DNA of 64,000 bases, from the NCBI GenBank assembly GCA_025353905.1, contig JANXNW010000268.1:15251-79250 (forward strand), read 5' to 3'. The DNA is from Hymenobacter sp. GTDB lineage: Bacteria; Bacteroidota; Bacteroidia; Cytophagales; Hymenobacteraceae. Of this stretch, positions 39,208 through 47,970 are shown one piece after another. The translations under genes were made by a program, and so were the position numbers. The notes below the pieces were generated by a model. That model was not told the DNA's origin, ran no database searches, and was given only the letters and a program-made list of their open reading frames with translations. How positions within the stretch are numbered: position 1 is the first letter of the stretch; each line of letters opens with the position of its first letter.

Positions 39208-40272
39208 ATGACGCCCGATTCGCTTCCCCCTTTTACGCCGGCCGGCTTGCGGGCCCTGTTTCACCGCTGGAAATACCTGCTCGGCCTGGCCCTGTTGCTG
39301 AGCGCCGGGGCGAGCGCCTTCTGGGCGTGGTCGCTGCCCAATGTTTACAGCTCGACGGCCGTTTTTCTGCCCACCTCGCCCCAGAGCACCGACCCCGACC
39401 GCCTCGTCGAGGGCGTTATTAAGCTGGAGCTCGGCGCGCGCCCCGAAGACCTCGACCGGATGCTCACCATCGGGCAGTCGCTGCCGCTGGCCGAGCAGAT
39501 TATTCGCCGCTTCAACCTTTACAACCACTACCAGGCCGGCGCGCCAGGCTCCGACCAGGTAGAAAACTACGTGCTGGGCGAGTTCAGCTCGAATTTCAGC
39601 ATCGTGCACAATGAGCGCGACGCGATTGAGCTCACCTTTCAGGACCGCGACAAGCAGCTGGCCGCCGCCGTGGCCAACAGCCTGGTGGCGGCCATCGACT
39701 CGGTAAATCAGCAGCTTACGCTCGAAAACCGGCGTACCGTGCTCGGGCTGTTCCGGCAGCGCTCGGCGCAGCTGGGCAGCAGCTACGAGCGCATCCGACG
39801 GCAGCTACTGGGCGTGCGGCGGCGCTACGGCGTGTTCGGGCTGGAGATGCAGGGCCGCTACCTGGCCAAAACGGTGCTCGAAACCGAAAAGGAGCTGCGC
39901 GTGGCCGAAGGCGGCGGGCCCGGCAGCGTACCGGGCCTGCGCCGGGCCCTGCGCGGGCTCACCCGCATCGACGGCGGCAATGCCATCAACCTCGAAGGCT
40001 GGACCCAGGGCACCGACTCGGTCACGCTGCTCAGCAGCCGTCTCACCGACCTGCAAACCCGCCTCGTCAGCTCTCAGGGCGCCCAGGAGCAGGCTGAAAT
40101 CGCGCTGCGCAGCCGCGTCTCGTCGCTCTACCTCATCCAGAAAGCCTACCCGGCCACCCGCCGCAGCAAACCCAATCGCGGCCTGCTCGTGCTGAGTGCC
40201 GTGCTCGGTACGCTGGCCATTGCCGTGCTGGCCATTTTGGTTATCGAAGTCTACAAGCGGGAAAGAAATTAA
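39208..40272 (+). CDS. Wzz/GumC-like polysaccharide chain-length determinant
   Basis: N-terminal TM followed by PNVYSSTAVF, a coiled coil and a C-terminal AYPA.RRSKPNR plus TM. Confidence 0.8.
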   Translation: MTPDSLPPFTPAGLRALFHRWKYLLGLALLLSAGASAFWAWSLPNVYSSTAVFLPTSPQSTDPDRLVEGVIKLELGARPEDLDRMLTIGQSLPLAEQIIRRFNLYNHYQAGAPGSDQVENYVLGEFSSNFSIVHNERDAIELTFQDRDKQLAAAVANSLVAAIDSVNQQLTLENRRTVLGLFRQRSAQLGSSYERIRRQLLGVRRRYGVFGLEMQGRYLAKTVLETEKELRVAEGGGPGSVPGLRRALRGLTRIDGGNAINLEGWTQGTDSVTLLSSRLTDLQTRLVSSQGAQEQAEIALRSRVSSLYLIQKAYPATRRSKPNRGLLVLSAVLGTLAIAVLAILVIEVYKRERN

Positions 40273-40293
40273 AGGTTTTCTAGAGTGGTTCTC

Positions 40294-40484
40294 TAGTTCG
40301 TGTAACAGGCTCGCCGCCCGCAAACCTCACCCCCTAGCCCCCTCTCCAAAAGAGAGGGGGAACTAGTTTCTAGTTCTAGAAATCTAGAAATTAGTGAGTT
40401 AGATTCTAGAGCTAGTCCCCCCTCTCTTTTGGAGAGGGGGCTAGGGGGTGAGGTTTGCGGGCGACGAGCCTGTTACACGAACTA
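40294..40484. repeat. ~190-bp palindromic MITE/REPIN-like element, copy 2
   Basis: Near-perfect inverted arms of about 70 bp (tagttcgtgtaacaggctcg..cctcaccccctagccccctctccaaaagagaggggg) with a CTAG-rich core. Confidence 0.9.
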
Positions 40485-40575
40485 AAAATTTGCTCTAGTT
40501 CGTCTGCTCGCCGCCCGGCGGGCAGCTCCAACGAGCTATTCATACGTCTGTCAATCTCTTAAACCTCCCCACCCC

Positions 40576-42036
40576 ATGCGTCAGCTGCTGATTCGGTTGC
40601 GGCCTGTTGATGCCGGGCAATGGTCGTTTGTGGCCTTCGTGGCGCTGCTGCTGGCCAGCGGGCTGGTGGCGGGCTGGCAGCGGCTGCCGGCGCTGCTGGC
40701 GCTGCCGCTCGCTTTGCCCGTGCTGGCGCTGGTGGTGCGGCGCTGGCAGCTGCTCTACTACGCCGTGTTCGCGCTGCTGCCTTTCTCACGGGAGATGAGC
40801 CTGCCGGGGGGCCTGAGCCTGGACGTGCCCACCGAGCCGCTGCTGCTGGCCCTGCTGGGCTGCGTGCCGCTGGCCCTGCTGCTGGGGCCGGGCAGCGTCC
40901 GGCAGCTCACGGCCCGCGAGTGGCGCTCGCCGCTGCTGCTGCTGCCGCTGGCGCTGCTCGCCTGGTCGGCAATTGATATTCTGTTCTCGGTCGATGCGCT
41001 GAAATCCACCAAGTACGTGCTGGCCAAATGCTGGTACCTGGGGCCGTTTCTGGGGGGTAGCCTGCTGGTGCTGCGCCGTCCGGCCGACTTCTGGCGGGTG
41101 GCCGCCCTCTACGTGGGGGCTACCGCGCTGGTGTTGGTCTGGATACTGCCCCGGCACGCGGCCGCGGGCTTCACGTTCGCGCAGGTGCGCAACGTTATGG
41201 AGCCGTTCTTCCGCAACCACGTGACCTACGCCACGGTGCTGGCGCTGCTGCTGCCGCTGGCCGGCGGACTGGCCCTGCAAGCGCCCACGCGGACGCTCCG
41301 GCGGCTGTGGCTGGGCGCGGCGGCCCTGCTGCTTCTGGGCCTGATTACCTCCTACACCCGCGCTTCGTGGCTGTCCCTGCCCGTGGCCGGCCTCTACTAC
41401 GGCGTATTGCGCCTGCGCCAGACCCGGACGCTGCTGCTGGCCCTGGCCCTGGGCACGACCGGCGTGGCCACTTACTTCGTGAGCCAGGATAATTTCATGC
41501 GCTACACGCCCGACTACGCCAAAACCATCTGGCACGGCACCAACCTGCAGGCCCATCTCGAATCGACTTATAAGCTGCAGGACGTGTCGGGCATGGAGCG
41601 CGTTTACCGCTGGGTGGCCGCCGCGCACATGATTGCCGACCGCCCCCTGACCGGCTCCGGCCCGGCCACGTTCTACCCCGAATACAAGCGCTACACCGTC
41701 ACCAGCTTCCGTACCTACGTGAGCGCCAACCCCGAGCGCTCGACCGCCCACAACTACTTTCTGCTCCAGTTCGCGGAGCAGGGCCTGCCTGGCTTCGCCC
41801 TCTGGTGCGCGTTGCTGGCGGCAGCCCTGCTCACGGCCGAGCGCCTCTACCACGCCGCCGCCGCCCGCCCCGACGTGCGCCGCGTGGTGCTCGTGGTGGT
41901 GCTCTCGCTGGTCATCATCGTTTTCCACCTGCTGCTCAACGAGCTGGTGGAGGTGGATAAAATCGGCTCCGTATTCTACCTGGCTCTGGCCGTGCTCATC
42001 CGGGCCGAAACGTGGCTGGAGCGTGGTTCTGGGTGA
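40576..42036 (+). CDS. O-antigen ligase family protein
   Basis: Multiple TM segments; SYTRASW, ERVYRW...GSGP, AHNYFLLQFAEQGLPG. Confidence 0.9.
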   Translation: MRQLLIRLRPVDAGQWSFVAFVALLLASGLVAGWQRLPALLALPLALPVLALVVRRWQLLYYAVFALLPFSREMSLPGGLSLDVPTEPLLLALLGCVPLALLLGPGSVRQLTAREWRSPLLLLPLALLAWSAIDILFSVDALKSTKYVLAKCWYLGPFLGGSLLVLRRPADFWRVAALYVGATALVLVWILPRHAAAGFTFAQVRNVMEPFFRNHVTYATVLALLLPLAGGLALQAPTRTLRRLWLGAAALLLLGLITSYTRASWLSLPVAGLYYGVLRLRQTRTLLLALALGTTGVATYFVSQDNFMRYTPDYAKTIWHGTNLQAHLESTYKLQDVSGMERVYRWVAAAHMIADRPLTGSGPATFYPEYKRYTVTSFRTYVSANPERSTAHNYFLLQFAEQGLPGFALWCALLAAALLTAERLYHAAAARPDVRRVVLVVVLSLVIIVFHLLLNELVEVDKIGSVFYLALAVLIRAETWLERGSG

Positions 42037-42080
42037 TTTTAGGTGATTGGGTGAGGAGGTGAGAAGTCGGTCACCTAAAA

Positions 42081-43358
42081 TCACTTCACCCGCAGGCTCA
42101 GCATCGTCACATCATCGGCGAAGCGGGAGCCTTCGGCGCTGAAGCCGGCGGTGCGGGCCAGCAGGGCGCGGTGCAGACGCGGCAGCGGCAGGTAGCGGTG
42201 GCCGACGAGCGTATCGAGGACGCCGGCTTCGCCGAATTCCTGGTGCTGCGCGTCGAATACTTCGCTCAGGCCGTCGGTGTAGAGAAAGAGCAGCGAGCGG
42301 GGCGGCAGCGCGGTCTGGCCCACGGCGAAGGGCGGCAGCTCGGACATGATGCCCAGCATGACGGTGCCCGCGTGCAGGGCTTCGGCCGGGCCGGCGTCGG
42401 GCAGCAGCAGCGGGTCGTTGTGGCCGGCGTTCACGTAGGTCAGCGCCCCGGTGCGGCGGTCGAAGATGGCCACGAAGGCGGTGATGAATTTTTCGCCGGC
42501 GGCATTGCTGAAAATGAGGTGGTTGAGCTCCCGCACTACCGTGGCCAGGTCGGCGTCGGTGCGCAGCAGCGTCCGCAGGCCGGCTTGAAAATTCGACATC
42601 AGCAGCGAGGCCGACACGCCCTTACCGCTCACGTCGGCCACGCAGAGCAGCAGCCGGTCGGCGTCGAGCTCCACCACGTCGTAGTAGTCGCCCCCGATTT
42701 CGGTGTGCGGCTGGTAGGTGGCGTACACGGCCAGGTGGGCGTCGTTGGGCAGGCGCTGCGGAAACAGCAATTGCTGCACCTGCTGGGCAATCTCGATTTC
42801 GCGGCGCACGGTAGCCTCGGCCACGAGCAGCGTTTCGCGCTGCCGGGCCAGGCGCCGGCTCAGCACGGCCCCGAGCAGAATGTTGCTCAGCGTTTCGAGA
42901 AAGGCCAGCGCCTCCTGGCTGGCGTAGTCGCCCTGCATGGTGCCCACGAAGGCGAGCGCCTGCACGGTTTCCTGCTGGCGCACCGGCACGAGCAGCTCAA
43001 ACTCCTGCCAGGCGGCCGCGCCCTGTCGCGCGTCGGGCAGCGGGTCGAGTTGCAGGTCCGCCACCGGGCAAGGGCCGCCCGGGCACCAGGCACCGACCTC
43101 GGCCCGGGTGAAGCGCGTGCCGGCCGGCAGGCTGGTGCCGTAGTTCACCTGGAGCTCGAACGCGTCGTCATCGAGCACGAACAGCGCCAGCTGCCGCACC
43201 CCGAGCTGCCCGATGAGCGTGAACTGATAGATTTTGTAGAGGTCGGCCTCGGTCGAGTCCTGCGTAATGGCCTGCGTGATTTCGAGCAGCGCGCCCAGCT
43301 CGCGTTCCTTCAGAAAGAGGCGCTTTTCGAGACCGACCAGGGCAGCGGCTTGGGGCAT
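42081..43358 (-). CDS. PP2C/SpoIIE (RsbU-like) serine phosphatase
   Basis: GGDYYD, ADVSGKG, YVNAGHN, YTDGLSE, DDVTML. Confidence 0.93.
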   Translation of the reverse strand: MPQAAALVGLEKRLFLKERELGALLEITQAITQDSTEADLYKIYQFTLIGQLGVRQLALFVLDDDAFELQVNYGTSLPAGTRFTRAEVGAWCPGGPCPVADLQLDPLPDARQGAAAWQEFELLVPVRQQETVQALAFVGTMQGDYASQEALAFLETLSNILLGAVLSRRLARQRETLLVAEATVRREIEIAQQVQQLLFPQRLPNDAHLAVYATYQPHTEIGGDYYDVVELDADRLLLCVADVSGKGVSASLLMSNFQAGLRTLLRTDADLATVVRELNHLIFSNAAGEKFITAFVAIFDRRTGALTYVNAGHNDPLLLPDAGPAEALHAGTVMLGIMSELPPFAVGQTALPPRSLLFLYTDGLSEVFDAQHQEFGEAGVLDTLVGHRYLPLPRLHRALLARTAGFSAEGSRFADDVTMLSLRVK

Positions 43359-43509
43359 AGGGCAGACGGAAAGCAGACGGCGACCGGCGAAATATCCGCT
43401 AAAAGGACACTACCCGACGCTAAAAATATTGGCGAAAGCGACCGCAATATTACGGCCCGCGCGGCCACTCTACTAATCGGCCGGGCCAATTAGTAGAGTG
43501 CCCGGCCGC

Positions 43510-44601
43510 TCAGCCCAGCGGCGTTTTGGGGTCGTAGGCGTCGCGCAAGCCATTGCCGAGCACGTTGAAGCTCAGCACCAACAGGCTGATGGCTGCTCCC
43601 GGCAGGCCCGTCAGCCAGAGGCCGGCCGTGGTGCCGAGCAGGTCGTAGCCTTCCTTCACCATCAGGCCCCAGCTCGGGGCGGGCGGCTGCACGCCGAGGC
43701 CCAAAAAGCTTAGGCCCGCTTCGAGCAGAATGGCGGCCGCGAAGTTGGCCGTAGCCAGCACGATGAGCGGCCCGCGCAGGTTGGGCAGCAGGTGCACGAA
43801 AATGAGCCGGTGCGTGGGCAGCCCCAGCACCCGCCCGGCCTCAATGAAGGTGGCCGAGCGCAAGCTCAGCACCTGCCCGCGCACGACCCGCGCCACGTCC
43901 ACCCACATGGTCAGGCCGACGGCCAAAAAGCTGACCCACACGGCCTTGCTATCCAGCGCCAGCGAAATACCGATGACGAGCATAATGCCCGGAATGCTCC
44001 ACACGACGGTCATCAGTCCCAGCAGCAGCGCGTCGAGCCAGCCGCCGAAGTAGCCGGCCACGGCCCCAATGCTCACGCCCAGCGTCAGCGAAATCAATAC
44101 CGCCACCAGCCCGATGCCGAGCGAGATGCGGGTGCCCAGCAGCAGCCGGCTCAGCTCGTCGCGCCCGGCTTTGTCGGTGCCGAGCAGGTAGGTTCTGGTT
44201 GTTAGTTGTTGGTTGTTGGTTGTTGGTTGTTGGGCTGAGAGGCTGGGGTTGGCGGGCGCGTCGATAAACTGCCGTGGCTGGCCGTGGAGCCAGACTTGCA
44301 GCACGTTGGCAGGGGGCGGGGCGCTGGGGTCGGGCGTTTGGACGAGCGTGGCCCGGAAGCCGGGCGGTTGCTTCTGCAGCTGCACCACGCCGTTGTTGGC
44401 GTCGGGCGAGTTGTCGGGCAGCACCCAGTAGCCGAGCAGCGCCACCACGGCGCACAGCACGATGTAGGCCAGCCCGGCCAGCGCGGGGCGGTTTTGGCGC
44501 AGCCGCTGCCGCACGTAGTAGCCGGGCGTCCGCGCCGGGGGCGGCACAATCAGCGCCGTATCGGCGGCAACGGGCGTATCGGCGGCAGCGGGAGCAGCCA
44601 C
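43510..44601 (-). CDS. ABC transporter permease (OppC/DppC-like)
   Basis: LLGTDKAGRDELSRLLLGTRISL, ARVVRGQVLSLR, FIEAGRVLG, EAGLSFLGLGVQPP. Confidence 0.93.
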   Translation of the reverse strand: MAAPAAADTPVAADTALIVPPPARTPGYYVRQRLRQNRPALAGLAYIVLCAVVALLGYWVLPDNSPDANNGVVQLQKQPPGFRATLVQTPDPSAPPPANVLQVWLHGQPRQFIDAPANPSLSAQQPTTNNQQLTTRTYLLGTDKAGRDELSRLLLGTRISLGIGLVAVLISLTLGVSIGAVAGYFGGWLDALLLGLMTVVWSIPGIMLVIGISLALDSKAVWVSFLAVGLTMWVDVARVVRGQVLSLRSATFIEAGRVLGLPTHRLIFVHLLPNLRGPLIVLATANFAAAILLEAGLSFLGLGVQPPAPSWGLMVKEGYDLLGTTAGLWLTGLPGAAISLLVLSFNVLGNGLRDAYDPKTPLG

Positions 44602-44603
44602 GG

Positions 44604-44861
44604 CTAGCGGGTGTTGTGCTGCAGCAACCCTTCCTTCGAGGCGAGGTAGCTCGCATCGCGCCCCAGCGCTCCAAACGAGGTCGGCTCGTAGGCCAGCTCC
44701 GTGTCGGGGTCGGGCCAGTAGTAGCGTACGAGGCCCTTTTCGAGCAGCGGCCCGAGCAGGGCCAGCAGCTCGGCAGCCGGCCGGCCGGTGCGCTCCACCA
44801 GCAAGCGAAACGGGGTAACAAAGTACAGCTCGTCGAGCAAATCAAATTCAGGGTCAGTCAT
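44604..44861 (-). CDS. Small hypothetical protein, possible winged helix
   Basis: MTDPEFDLLDELYFV...LLEKGLVRYY...YLASKEGLLQHN, coupled to the permease. Confidence 0.7.
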   Translation of the reverse strand: MTDPEFDLLDELYFVTPFRLLVERTGRPAAELLALLGPLLEKGLVRYYWPDPDTELAYEPTSFGALGRDASYLASKEGLLQHNTR

Positions 44862-44873
44862 ACGGGGGTAAAA

Positions 44874-44946
44874 TTAGGGATTAAGGATGAGAGATTAAGG
44901 ATTAGGGACTAATACGCCATGCCCCTCATCTCTAATCCCTCATCCC
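44874..44946. repeat. Inverted heptamer array (agggatt/aatccct)
   Basis: ttagggattaaggatgagagattaaggattagggact ... cctcatctctaatccctcatccct. Supplies the aroA C-terminus and stop. Confidence 0.8.
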
Positions 44947-46206
44947 TTGTCCTTCAAAACCTACCGCCGCCAGCGCCTGCCAGAAGCTGGGGTACGACTT
45001 GCGCACCACGCCTGGCTCGCCCACGGCTAGCGGCCCCAGCAGGGCCAGCGGCGCGAAGGCCATTGCCATACGGTGGTCGTCGTAGGTTTTGACCGTTTGA
45101 TTTTCGACCCGAAACGCGCCCGGCCGCACCGCGAATACACCCGCCGACCCCTCGACGAGCGCCGCGCCAAACTTACCCAGCTCAGCCTGCAACGCCGCGA
45201 TGCGGTCGGTTTCCTTGATGCGCAGGCTCGCCAGGCCCGTCAGGCGCAGGGGGCGGCCCAGCGCGGCGACGGCCACGACTACGGTCTGGGCCAGGTCGGG
45301 GCAGTCGGTGAAATCGAGCGGCGCGGCGCTGGGGTCAAATGACGCAGGCGCGACTTGCGTCAGGCGCGCCCCGCTCCCATCGGCCAGAAACTCGGTAGCC
45401 ACACCCAGCGGCCGCATAATCTGCTGAATGACGGCATCGCCCTGCCACGAGTGCGGGCGCAGGCCGGGCAGCGTCAGGGCCGAGCCGGGTGGGGCCAGCG
45501 CCAGCAGCGCGTACCAGTAACTGGCCGCCGACCAGTCGCTCTCGACTGCGTAGTCGGCGGGGTGGTAGCCGCCGGGGGCCACGGCCACAGCCTCCGCGTC
45601 GGTCCAAGCAGTGGTTGAGCCAAAGTGCCGCATCAAACTCATTGTCATGTTGATGTAGGGCCGGGAACCGACCGCCCCGCTCAGGCTCAGCCGGAGCCCG
45701 CCGGGCAGCGTGGGCCCAAGCATCAGCAGGGCCGACACGTACTGCGAGCTGATGTCGCCGCGCACGGTGAGCGTCGCCGGCCCACCGTCCGCGCCTGTCG
45801 CCCCGGCGGCCAGCCCGCCGAAGCGCAGCGGCGGATAGCCCTCGGTTTCCGCATAATCAATTCGCGCGCCCAGCGTCCGCAGCGCGTCCACGAGTACGCC
45901 GATGGGGCGCTGCCGCATCCGGGGCGCGCCGGTGAGCGTGCCGCGCCAGCCGCTCAGGGCGAGGTAGGCGGTCAAAAAACGCATCACGGTGCCGGCATCT
46001 TCGGCATCGAGCGCGTCGGTGGTGGCCGCTTGCCCGAGCAGGCGCTGCATGAGCACGGTGTCGTGGGCTTCGGACAAGTTGGTGAGCGCACCGCCGCCAG
46101 CCAGCTTTTGCAGCAGCAGGGCGCGGTTGGCTTCGCTCTTGGACGCCGGCAGCGTGGCCGTGCCGAGCAGCGGCCCGCCCGGCCAGCGCAGGGGTTGAAT
46201 GGTCAT
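44932..46206 (-). CDS. aroA: 3-phosphoshikimate 1-carboxyvinyltransferase
   Basis: LPASKSEANR, DAGTVMRF, SSQYVSALL, DWSAASY, PDLAQT, LRIKETDR, DDHRMAM, KSYPSFW. Confidence 0.96.
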   Translation of the reverse strand: MTIQPLRWPGGPLLGTATLPASKSEANRALLLQKLAGGGALTNLSEAHDTVLMQRLLGQAATTDALDAEDAGTVMRFLTAYLALSGWRGTLTGAPRMRQRPIGVLVDALRTLGARIDYAETEGYPPLRFGGLAAGATGADGGPATLTVRGDISSQYVSALLMLGPTLPGGLRLSLSGAVGSRPYINMTMSLMRHFGSTTAWTDAEAVAVAPGGYHPADYAVESDWSAASYWYALLALAPPGSALTLPGLRPHSWQGDAVIQQIMRPLGVATEFLADGSGARLTQVAPASFDPSAAPLDFTDCPDLAQTVVVAVAALGRPLRLTGLASLRIKETDRIAALQAELGKFGAALVEGSAGVFAVRPGAFRVENQTVKTYDDHRMAMAFAPLALLGPLAVGEPGVVRKSYPSFWQALAAVGFEGQGMRD

Positions 46207-47267
46207 AAAAGGTTGTTGCGCAGCGCGGCGCAGATTTCCGCCAGCGACACCGGCTGGTCGTACACCCCCTGCCCGATGCCACGCAGCAGGGTGCAGTTAA
46301 TCACGTCGCCCTCGTTTTTCTTGTCCTGGAGCGCGAGCGCGGCGATGGCCTCCACCTCGTCGGCCGCGTACAGCAGGGGCTCGAACACCGCGTCCAGCGT
46401 CCGGCGCACCGTCTCGAATTCGGCCTCGCTCAGCAGGCCACGCTGCCACGAGAGCCAGGTTTCGGCCCGCATCCCAGCCCCGACGGCCGCGCCGTGCGTC
46501 ACGGCCCGGCCCGGCTGGGCCAGCAGGTAGCTTTCGAGGGCGTGGCCCACGGTATGGCCGAAGTTGAGCAGCTTGCGCGGGCCGGCCTCGCGCGGGTCCT
46601 GGGCCACGATGCCCGCCTTGAGCGCCACCGCGTGGCGGATAATCGGCGTCCAGTCGGTCACGGCGCTCAGCTCACCCGTGGGCAAAGCGGCGAACGCGCC
46701 CGCGTCGGCCACGAGCGTGTGCTTCACCACTTCGGCGAAGCCCGAGCGCACCTCCGCCCCCGGCAGCGTAGCCAGAAAAGCCGGGTCCATGAACACGCCC
46801 GCCGGCTCCTGAAACGCGCCGATGTGGTTTTTGAAGCCCTGAAAATCCACGCCCGTCTTGCCACCCACCGCCGCATCGACCTGGGCCAGCAGCGACGTGG
46901 GTACGCTCAGACACTGGATGCCGCGCTTGTAGGTAGCCGCGCAAAAGCCCCCCAAATCGGTGATGACTCCGCCCCCCAGACACAGCAGCGTGGCCCGGCG
47001 GTCGGCCTGGTTTTCTGTTAAAAAACTCCAAACCACCCCGCACGTAGCCAGCGTTTTGTGCGCCTCGCCGGCCGGCACGCTCAGCAGCTCGTGGGCCGGC
47101 AGGTGCGGGGCCAGGCGCGGGTAGCAGAGGCGGGCAGTGTTGGCGTCGGCCAGCACGAACAAGCGGCTGGGCGCGGCTTCATGCAGAAAGTCGGCCAGCG
47201 CGGGCAGGGCCTCGGGGCCGATGATAAGGGGCGGGTTAGTCAAGCGCGGGGCTAATGAGGAAAGCAT
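46203..47267 (-). CDS. aroB: 3-dehydroquinate synthase
   Basis: GEAHKT, LGGGVITDLGGF, PTSLLAQVDAAVGGKTG, LNFGHTVGHALE, DKKN. Confidence 0.96.
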   Translation of the reverse strand: MLSSLAPRLTNPPLIIGPEALPALADFLHEAAPSRLFVLADANTARLCYPRLAPHLPAHELLSVPAGEAHKTLATCGVVWSFLTENQADRRATLLCLGGGVITDLGGFCAATYKRGIQCLSVPTSLLAQVDAAVGGKTGVDFQGFKNHIGAFQEPAGVFMDPAFLATLPGAEVRSGFAEVVKHTLVADAGAFAALPTGELSAVTDWTPIIRHAVALKAGIVAQDPREAGPRKLLNFGHTVGHALESYLLAQPGRAVTHGAAVGAGMRAETWLSWQRGLLSEAEFETVRRTLDAVFEPLLYAADEVEAIAALALQDKKNEGDVINCTLLRGIGQGVYDQPVSLAEICAALRNNLL

Positions 47268-47310
47268 CGGGGGAACGTCGCAAAAAAACGACCAGCGGTC
47301 CACAGCGGTA

Positions 47311-47847
47311 TCAGGCCAGCAACGCGGCCAGCTCGTCGAACATGGGGGCCAGCTCGGCCGTCCACAGCTCGGCCTGGAAGTGCGCGTTCTCCCGCCGGTA
47401 GCCGTCCAGCATCCGGCTGCCTTGCTCGCGCGAATGCCGGGCGTTGGCCAAGCGGTCGCAGACTTTGACGAAGGCCGCCAGCGGCGTGGCCCGGATGCCG
47501 GCGTAGTAAGCGGCGTTGGCCCGCTGCTGCCGGGTGCGGCCTTTCTCGTTGGTCAGGGCGTAAGTGAGCTCAGCCACCACTTCGCCACACGCGGCCTTGA
47601 CGTCGTTGTACGTCAGGCGACAGTCCTCGATAGTGTCGTGCGTCCAGCAGGCCGCCAGCGCGTAGGGCGCGTCGGCGGCGGGCAACAGGGCCTGGTAGCG
47701 GCGGCCAAAGTCAACCACCATTTGCAAGTGCGCCGCATAGGGCTGCTCACCGTAGCGGTGATTGGTGTCGGCGTGGGCGCGGACGGCAAACGTCTGCGCG
47801 TGCGCCACAAGGTCATCGGGGGCGATGGTAGTCGGGACGGGGTTCAT
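47311..47847 (-). CDS. Stand-alone HD_4 (RelA/SpoT hydrolase-like, small alarmone hydrolase type) protein
   Basis: FAVRAH....Y...PYAAHL..V, ACWTHDTIED, GEVVAELTYALT, VKVCDRLAN. Confidence 0.8.
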   Translation of the reverse strand: MNPVPTTIAPDDLVAHAQTFAVRAHADTNHRYGEQPYAAHLQMVVDFGRRYQALLPAADAPYALAACWTHDTIEDCRLTYNDVKAACGEVVAELTYALTNEKGRTRQQRANAAYYAGIRATPLAAFVKVCDRLANARHSREQGSRMLDGYRRENAHFQAELWTAELAPMFDELAALLA

Positions 47848-47970
47848 AAGCGAGCTGAACGGGTGAGGCTGAGTTATCCGGCGAGCTAAACTACTGCCAA
47901 CGCGCCGGCGGCCTTCGTGCGCGAGCGAAACAGAACACCAAGGCGACGCGCGAACTCGCTTCAGGCCGCA

